53,370 bases of DNA from Acidobacteriota bacterium. GTDB taxonomy: Bacteria > Acidobacteriota > JAAYUB01 > JAMOQF01. The position numbers and the translations under genes are program-made. Location: contig JAMOQF010000065.1 in the NCBI GenBank assembly GCA_027064125.1, positions 1 through 53,370 on the forward strand. Direction: 5' to 3'. This document shows, in pieces, positions 48,085 to 53,370 of this stretch; position 1 is the first letter of the stretch, and the number at the start of each line of letters is the position of its first letter. The notes under the pieces are model-generated. The model did no database searches, had not been told where the DNA came from, and worked only from the letters and a program-made list of their open reading frames with translations.

Positions 48085-48488
48085 TGCCTGGCACCAAATT
48101 TTCTTACCCGCCCCAGAAACCCTCTAAAGGTTTATAGGATGAAAAAGGAGTTTATTTAATCGTTGGTTTTGCCAGAAAAATTTTAAGTCATTTCCAGTTT
48201 TAGGTCTTTCTTTGCCCCCCAAAAGCCATTTAAATTTTTCCCAGACATTAAATTGACACTAAATTATTCTAAATCCTGAATTTTCAATTTTTCTCAATCT
48301 TTTCTATAAACCTATGGTTGTGCTTGTAGAGGATGAATTAGATTATTAGCCTGACACCTTTTCTCCTTTTCTTTTTATCTTCTTTTTATCCAGATCTTCC
48401 AGATCTTGCCTGACACTTTCCTTACCTCCAAATTCAAATCTCAATCCCAAAATCCCAAAATCTTAAATCTTAAATCGTGCCTGACACC
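48085..48488 (+). repeat. Cluster of four REP-like motifs (48085-48095, 48348-48358, 48407-48417, 48478-48488) with degenerate 7-mer tandem repeats at 48428-48476
   Basis: TGCCTGGCACC, AGCCTGACACC, TGCCTGACACT, TGCCTGACACC in a pyrimidine-rich non-coding region. Confidence 0.8.
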
Positions 48489-48503
48489 AATTTTAATCAA
48501 GTT

Positions 48504-48597
48504 CGAAATAGTAAATTTCCTTGACATAGGAATTTTCGGTTTTCTAAAATAAAATCAAATGAAAGCAAGGAGTTTTGAGAAAAAGGATTTTTGTTTT
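48504..48597 (+). repeat. Cassette head copy 1: promoter TTGACA(48521)-N18-TAAAAT(48545) plus leader codons
   Basis: AATTTCCTTGACA and CTAAAATAAAATCAAATGAAAGCAA identical in all three copies. Confidence 0.9.
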
Positions 48598-49206
48598 AAT
48601 CTGAGATTTCCAGGACAGTATTATGACAGTGAAACTGGGTTTTATTATAATTTTCATAGGTATTACAGTCTGGAGAGAGGGAGGTATTTGAGGGAGGATC
48701 CAAAATTCAGATATGTAAGTTATAATTATTCATATGGAAAAGATAATCCAATATCATGGATTGATTATGAAGGATTGTCAAGAATCTTTTTTAATGATTG
48801 TTCATGTGAAGAACGAAAAGAGATAAAGAAATTGTATAAGAAGGCAAGAGATATTGGATGTTCAAAATTGTCATCACTATCCAATATTTATCCAGAATTA
48901 AAGGAATGTGCATTGCATTTTTGTGAAGATACAAGAACAATAATGTTTAATTGTAAGGTTGAATGCAGAACCCCTTTAGCTTGTGCATGTTATGAAGATA
49001 AAGAAATACATTGGGTGAGGGAAAGAGTTCATATGAAAGGCTGTGTTCCAAAAATTCCTGCAATTGAAATAATGTTTCACGAGTTGACACATGTTTTGTG
49101 TGGTACTAATGATTATGCAGGTTCAGCTTTGGCTCCTGAAAGATTGTGGGATGCATGGTGGGCTCATCCAAAGAGACTTACCAAAATGGTGTTTGGCCAT
49201 AATTGA
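48559..49206 (+). CDS. Mini RHS toxin 1: leader + RHS core end + Cys-rich HExxH metallopeptidase-like C-terminal domain
   Basis: NLRFPGQYYDSETGFYYNFHRYY, REDP...NPISWIDYEGL, HELTH. Confidence 0.85.
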   Translation: MKARSFEKKDFCFNLRFPGQYYDSETGFYYNFHRYYSLERGRYLREDPKFRYVSYNYSYGKDNPISWIDYEGLSRIFFNDCSCEERKEIKKLYKKARDIGCSKLSSLSNIYPELKECALHFCEDTRTIMFNCKVECRTPLACACYEDKEIHWVRERVHMKGCVPKIPAIEIMFHELTHVLCGTNDYAGSALAPERLWDAWWAHPKRLTKMVFGHN

Positions 49207-49217
49207 GGTGTTTTTCA

Positions 49218-49874
49218 ATGTTTAAAAAATTTAAGCGAAAATTTTTAATGTTTTTAATAGTGTGTGCCTTATCTATTTTTTCCTTTATGCTTATATATTA
49301 TTCTGAAATTACCTATAGGGAAAATAAGGTAATAAATGATGTAGTGATTTCTCTTATCCATAATGTCATAAAGAATATGAGAAATAGGAGGAAAATTCCC
49401 TATTATAAGTTGATACCTTCTTATCCATCCATAGGGATTCCACCCGATTATTATAGATTGATTGAAACTAAGAGAAGGATAAATAATTTAATAGATAACA
49501 GAAAAGTTGTCATTGTTGTGAAATCAGGAAGATATAGTTTAAGTTTGCCGGATAAAATAGATGGGTATAAGATATTTCAGGTAAGATCATTTGATAAGAT
49601 ATTGGATGAGAAGTGGCGGTGGATTGAAGAAAATAAATCAATTGGAAAGGATTCATTAGGCTATTATGGCTTACAGTATATTTATTTTACTAAGAAGCCT
49701 TATCTTTTGATGGAAGTAAAAGATGTAATCTTTTTTAAAGGTGGTTGTGTTGTATCTGTTTTTTTTAATACAGGTATAGATGATGTTACCTATTTGGTAA
49801 GAATTTATATGATAAAAAGTAGTGGTAGGTGGATTGTTGGGAGGACAAAAATAAGATATTTATCGAAGTTTTGA
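49218..49874 (+). CDS. Putative immunity protein 1 (N-terminal membrane anchor, extracytoplasmic domain)
   Basis: Directly follows toxin; GAGGTG RBS before ATG 49218; single TM helix. Confidence 0.6.
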   Translation: MFKKFKRKFLMFLIVCALSIFSFMLIYYSEITYRENKVINDVVISLIHNVIKNMRNRRKIPYYKLIPSYPSIGIPPDYYRLIETKRRINNLIDNRKVVIVVKSGRYSLSLPDKIDGYKIFQVRSFDKILDEKWRWIEENKSIGKDSLGYYGLQYIYFTKKPYLLMEVKDVIFFKGGCVVSVFFNTGIDDVTYLVRIYMIKSSGRWIVGRTKIRYLSKF

Positions 49875-49907
49875 TTAAAAAAAGAGGAATGTTTCTGCCC
49901 AGAGACT

Positions 49908-50037
49908 ACATAAAGAGTGAAGTGGTGCCAGGCAAAAAAAGAAAGTATAGAAATTTCCTTGACAGAAATTTTTAAGATTTCCTAAAATAAAATCAAATGA
50001 AAGCAAGAAGAATTGAGAGAGAAAATTTTTATTTTTT
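49908..50037 (+). repeat. Cassette head copy 2: inverted REP-like motif (49924-49934), TTGACA(49959)-N18-TAAAAT(49983), leader codons
   Basis: Homologous to copies 1 and 3. Confidence 0.9.
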
Positions 50038-50758
50038 ATCTATTGTATGTTTTCACCATATGGAATATGGTAATGGAAACAGATATTACTACATAAACGA
50101 TCACTTATTTACACCACAAAAGATGATTGACACATCAGGCAACACAGTCTGGCAGGCGGATTGGGATAGTTTTGGAACACTCACTGTAACCATAAACACA
50201 GTTGAGAACAACCTGAGATTTCCAGGACAGTATTATGACAGTGAGACAGGGTTTTATTATAATTTTCATAGATACTACATGCCAGAGATAGGGAGGTATT
50301 TGAGGGAGGATGAGGTAAGGGATAAATGGGATTTTAATCTGTATGTGTATGTGGGGGATAGGCCGGTTGATTCTATAGATTTTACAGGATTAGAGGAAGA
50401 TAATGGAGAAAATAACGGTTCTTCAGGATATGAGAAGTGTGTGGAAATTTGCAGGAACTATTATAGAAGAGAAGTAGAAAAATGTAGAGAAGATTTAACC
50501 AGATGCAGTATTTGGTATACTGGTGCCATAATAATTTTTAGTGTAACAAGTGCCTTTGCCACGGAAGGGGGAAGTATGTTAGTAGAGGGTGGTTTAGCAG
50601 CTAATACCCTTAGAGGGATGTTAATTCGTAGGGGAGGGTATATAATAGGAGGGTTTGGATTTTGGTGTTATTATGGTTGGTGGGGTTGTAATAGGACAGC
50701 GTGGGAGCACTATAAAAAGTGCGTATGTGATTGTAAGAATGCTTTTGGTGGAAAATAA
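49997..50758 (+). CDS. Mini RHS toxin 2: leader + longer RHS core remnant + Cys-laddered hydrophobic hairpin C-terminal domain
   Basis: YYYINDHLFTP...VWQADWDSFG, NLRFPGQYYD, PVDSIDFTGL. Confidence 0.88.
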   Translation: MKARRIERENFYFLSIVCFHHMEYGNGNRYYYINDHLFTPQKMIDTSGNTVWQADWDSFGTLTVTINTVENNLRFPGQYYDSETGFYYNFHRYYMPEIGRYLREDEVRDKWDFNLYVYVGDRPVDSIDFTGLEEDNGENNGSSGYEKCVEICRNYYRREVEKCREDLTRCSIWYTGAIIIFSVTSAFATEGGSMLVEGGLAANTLRGMLIRRGGYIIGGFGFWCYYGWWGCNRTAWEHYKKCVCDCKNAFGGK

Positions 50759-50778
50759 AAATCAGGAGAAGTTTTAGA

Positions 50779-51852
50779 GTGAAGTGGATTGAGATATTTT
50801 CAGGTTTAAAGTGGGATAGGATTGATTTATTAATTAGGAATATAGCATTACTTCTTCTTCCTTTTGTTGGGATTACTTTTTTTACTTCTTTTGAGAGTGG
50901 TGAAACATCGATTTTAGAGATTACTGGTTACGTAATATATGGAATATCTTTTGTGGGGATAATCACCTTGAGTTGGGGATATATATATGCTGTTGGTTGT
51001 GGGAGCAAGGAGTGTTTACACGAGAAGGTGAGGAAGGTTTTATCTGTTTTTGATGTTTTTCCAATGGTGGTGGTTTTTTCTTTTTTGATAGGGAAGAGGT
51101 TTTTAATGGGAAGGGGAGAGTTGGAAGTTGAGCAATTGAGGAGTATTGTAAGTTTGATTGAGGTAAAAAGAGACTTTATTTTTTTTCTTTTTCCTTTCCA
51201 GTGTATGTTTATTTACGGTGGTTTTGTTTTTGTTTGGGGAATTATAATGGTGAAATTTTGTAGATTGAGGGAGTTAATTAGGAGAAGATTGATTTTATTT
51301 TCTTATTTTTTTACGCTTTTAATATTTATGTTATTACTTTTTGTAATGATTTTTCCAAGTATTATCAGGAGTGAGGAAATGAATTATATTAGATATTTTG
51401 TGTTTTTTCTTTTTTTTCTGGTAAACATTTCTGGGTGGGGGTATTTATATAAACTTACATATAAAGAAGAGAAAGAAATAATGGAAAGGGAAGATGAATA
51501 TAGGATGTTGCATCTGGTAGCGGTGTGGATTATCCAGTCAGTTTCATCTATTTTAGCGAGTATAGTTTTTTTAACTAAAGAAGAATTGGTTTGGAGGTTG
51601 GTGTGTCAGCCTGGGACGCCCCCTGAGGTAATTCATATTGATGACATTTATATTTTTATCATTTATTTAATAGTATTTTTCCTTTTTTGGTTGATTATTG
51701 CCTTTAAGTGGATGTGGGAAATTATTCCTCCTTCTGAATTTGAAAAAAGAATAGAATATTTAAAAGAATCTCCTGAACTCAAGCGTAAGGAAATATTTTT
51801 ATCTTTTGCTTTAAATTTGGTTTTTTTGATTGCAGTATACTTATGGATTTAA
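50779..51852 (+). CDS. Putative immunity protein 2 (polytopic membrane protein)
   Basis: About 9 hydrophobic segments; CAGGAG RBS; follows toxin 2. Confidence 0.6.
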   Translation: MKWIEIFSGLKWDRIDLLIRNIALLLLPFVGITFFTSFESGETSILEITGYVIYGISFVGIITLSWGYIYAVGCGSKECLHEKVRKVLSVFDVFPMVVVFSFLIGKRFLMGRGELEVEQLRSIVSLIEVKRDFIFFLFPFQCMFIYGGFVFVWGIIMVKFCRLRELIRRRLILFSYFFTLLIFMLLLFVMIFPSIIRSEEMNYIRYFVFFLFFLVNISGWGYLYKLTYKEEKEIMEREDEYRMLHLVAVWIIQSVSSILASIVFLTKEELVWRLVCQPGTPPEVIHIDDIYIFIIYLIVFFLFWLIIAFKWMWEIIPPSEFEKRIEYLKESPELKRKEIFLSFALNLVFLIAVYLWI

Positions 51853-51898
51853 GTTTTGTTTTGTGTTGTATTTATGAGGGATCTGAAATATACGTTTA

Positions 51899-52038
51899 GC
51901 ATAAGAGTGTCTAAAACAAATGCCAGGCAGAAAATTTTCCACGAAATAGTGAATTTCCTTGACAGAGATTTTTCCCGTTTTCTAAAATAAAATCAAATGA
52001 AAGCAATGAATTTAGAAAGAGAAAATTTTGGTTTTTTA
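51899..52038 (+). repeat. Cassette head copy 3: partial inverted motif TGCCAGGCA (51921-51929), TTGACA(51959)-N18-TAAAAT(51983), leader codons
   Basis: Homologous to copies 1 and 2. Confidence 0.9.
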
Positions 52039-52392
52039 AATGTTTTTTATGTTAAAGATAATCCGGTGATGGGATATGACAATAAAGGACTTGTTCCAGA
52101 TTGGTGTAAGTGTAAAAAAGGAAGAAATGAGTGGATGGAAAATTGTTTAAGGTCTTGTAATAGTAATGGTTTTAGTTATAGTCAAGGAATTTTTTTTTCA
52201 GCGCTGTGTAGTGCTGTTTCAGGTGCTGTTGGAGGTGGATTTATAATTGGAGGTATTTCCGGAGTTCTATGTAATCCACAATTTTGGTGTTTTCTTGTGT
52301 GTAATGAGGAGGAGAGAAAAATATGTGAACCAGAGATACCATCTTATTTACCTAATCTTGGGCCTGGATGGGAAGCAGGACCCATATATTAA
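51997..52392 (+). CDS. Mini RHS toxin 3: leader + only the terminal RHS motif + Cys/Gly-rich hydrophobic hairpin
   Basis: YVKDNPVMGYDNKGL is an RHS core-terminal NPxxxxDxxGL motif; bacteriocin-like tip. Confidence 0.75.
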   Translation: MKAMNLERENFGFLNVFYVKDNPVMGYDNKGLVPDWCKCKKGRNEWMENCLRSCNSNGFSYSQGIFFSALCSAVSGAVGGGFIIGGISGVLCNPQFWCFLVCNEEERKICEPEIPSYLPNLGPGWEAGPIY

Positions 52393-52400
52393 TATGAGGA

Positions 52401-53276
52401 ATGTGTCTTTTTAGCAGGTGGAAAATGAGATGTTTTATTTTTGAAGGAATATTCTCAGAGTTAAAAGCAGGTGAAATGGAGAATCCTGTTGGAAGATTTT
52501 TTGGGATTTTTTTCAGTTTTCTTTTTTTATATTTTTTTGTTTCTGATTATGTGAAAGGAATATCAGACGCAAGGATAGATGTAAATTTGGGTATTTTTTT
52601 GTTTTTTTTAAGATATATTTTGTATGATACATATATGCGTTATTTTTTACATGGGAGAAGAAAAGGAAATATTCAGGATATATTTAGCCATTTGGAAGAA
52701 TTGATCATGCTCTATTTAAAAAAAAGAAGAGATATATATAAACGTTGTAAGAAAGTCTGGTTGATTTATTTTTGTATATTTTGTGTTGTAAATGGAATTA
52801 TGTTAATTTTTGTATATTTTGATAATAAACTCTCCTTTTTTCATTTTGGTATAGAGGAGTACTTTAGTTTTGATAAAGGGATTAATAGTGTTAGGTATTT
52901 CCTTATCATTTTAAGTATATATGAGTTTTCGGTATGTATTAATATATTAAATGCAGTAAAGTTTTTAAGATGTTTAAAAAGATATGTAATAGGTGTTGGG
53001 GAATCTGATGATTTTGAAAGTAAGGTAATAATGGAGATTTTAGTCAATAGAGAGATGTTTATTTTATATTTTTTCGAGTATTTTGTTTTATTTTTTGTTT
53101 TTCTTTACAGCCCCCGGGTGGGGGTATGGCTTTTTGTATTGTATTTTTATGTTTTAGGATTAATTATAGTTAGAGATGTTTTGAATTTAAATAGATTTTT
53201 GGAGAAAAAGGAAAATTATCAGTCTTTGATGGATAGGTTAAAAAAGGTAGAAGGTGAGATCATTGCCAGCAGTTAA
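52401..53276 (+). CDS. Putative immunity protein 3 (polytopic membrane protein)
   Basis: About 6 hydrophobic segments; follows toxin 3; very low GC. Confidence 0.6.
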   Translation: MCLFSRWKMRCFIFEGIFSELKAGEMENPVGRFFGIFFSFLFLYFFVSDYVKGISDARIDVNLGIFLFFLRYILYDTYMRYFLHGRRKGNIQDIFSHLEELIMLYLKKRRDIYKRCKKVWLIYFCIFCVVNGIMLIFVYFDNKLSFFHFGIEEYFSFDKGINSVRYFLIILSIYEFSVCINILNAVKFLRCLKRYVIGVGESDDFESKVIMEILVNREMFILYFFEYFVLFFVFLYSPRVGVWLFVLYFYVLGLIIVRDVLNLNRFLEKKENYQSLMDRLKKVEGEIIASS

Positions 53277-53370
53277 TTTTAATAAGTAGTTTTGAAAAAA
53301 AGGATTTTTGGTGTCCATTTAAGTGCTGGCTGGAGGAAAGGACTTTATGTGAGGAGCCTGATTTATTCTG

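Noticed and set aside
48085-48488. CRISPR array suggested by recurring TGCCTGACACC
   Set aside because: Repeat is only about 11 bp, spacing is irregular (59-263 bp), spacers are low-complexity, and no cas genes are present
48598-50311. Diversity-generating retroelement TR/VR pair
   Set aside because: The 10 mismatches are not adenine-specific, half are synonymous, both copies are coding, and no reverse transcriptase is in the window
49997-51997. Cassette 2 and 3 start codons exactly 2000 bp apart
   Set aside because: Cassette 1 to 2 spacing is 1438 bp; treated as coincidence
68-53047. Many short antisense or overlapping ORFs in the six-frame track (e.g. 68-376, 6184-6471, 15345-15692, 27772-28257, 45393-45860)
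   Set aside because: They shadow well-supported genes, have Ser/Phe/Pro-rich antisense composition and show no recognisable motifs
48478-53370. Integron cassette array
   Set aside because: No intI and no recognisable attC (RYYYAAC...GTTRRRY) hairpins; each cassette has its own promoter

Overview
Gene-dense, AT-rich bacterial chromosome segment. Lys/Glu-rich proteins and AGR/ATA codon use suggest a thermophile, and the VWA and M48 protein types suggest an Acidobacteriota-like host (inference). Left end: a tightly coupled operon with a class II aldolase carrying a probable microcompartment encapsulation peptide, a PilZ protein, sat, two alkaline-phosphatase-superfamily enzymes and cysC with an extra C-terminal LxxLGY tail. 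It converges on a cysteine synthase and a membrane di-heme cytochrome. Next come a GT-C/YdjC/GT2 aminosugar-modification trio, an orphan pilin, mnmA, hemD and a sigma54-driven NifX/DUF5320 operon. The middle is mostly housekeeping (uvrB, rodZ, glnA, nfi, pgi, smpB, pepA, peptidases, tRNA-Val, tRNA-Asp). Right end: three RHS toxin-immunity cassettes. Each starts with the same promoter and MKAxxxExxxFxF leader, fused in frame to a different-length RHS core remnant and a Cys-rich toxin tip. A dispersed TGCCTGRCACY motif fills the large intergenic regions and marks each cassette boundary. The strongest novelty candidates are the self-promoted mini-RHS cassette array, the PAPS/AP-superfamily/LGY-tail putative sulfo-transfer system, and the REP-like repeat family. 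All functional calls come from motif recognition by eye; no database searches were run.
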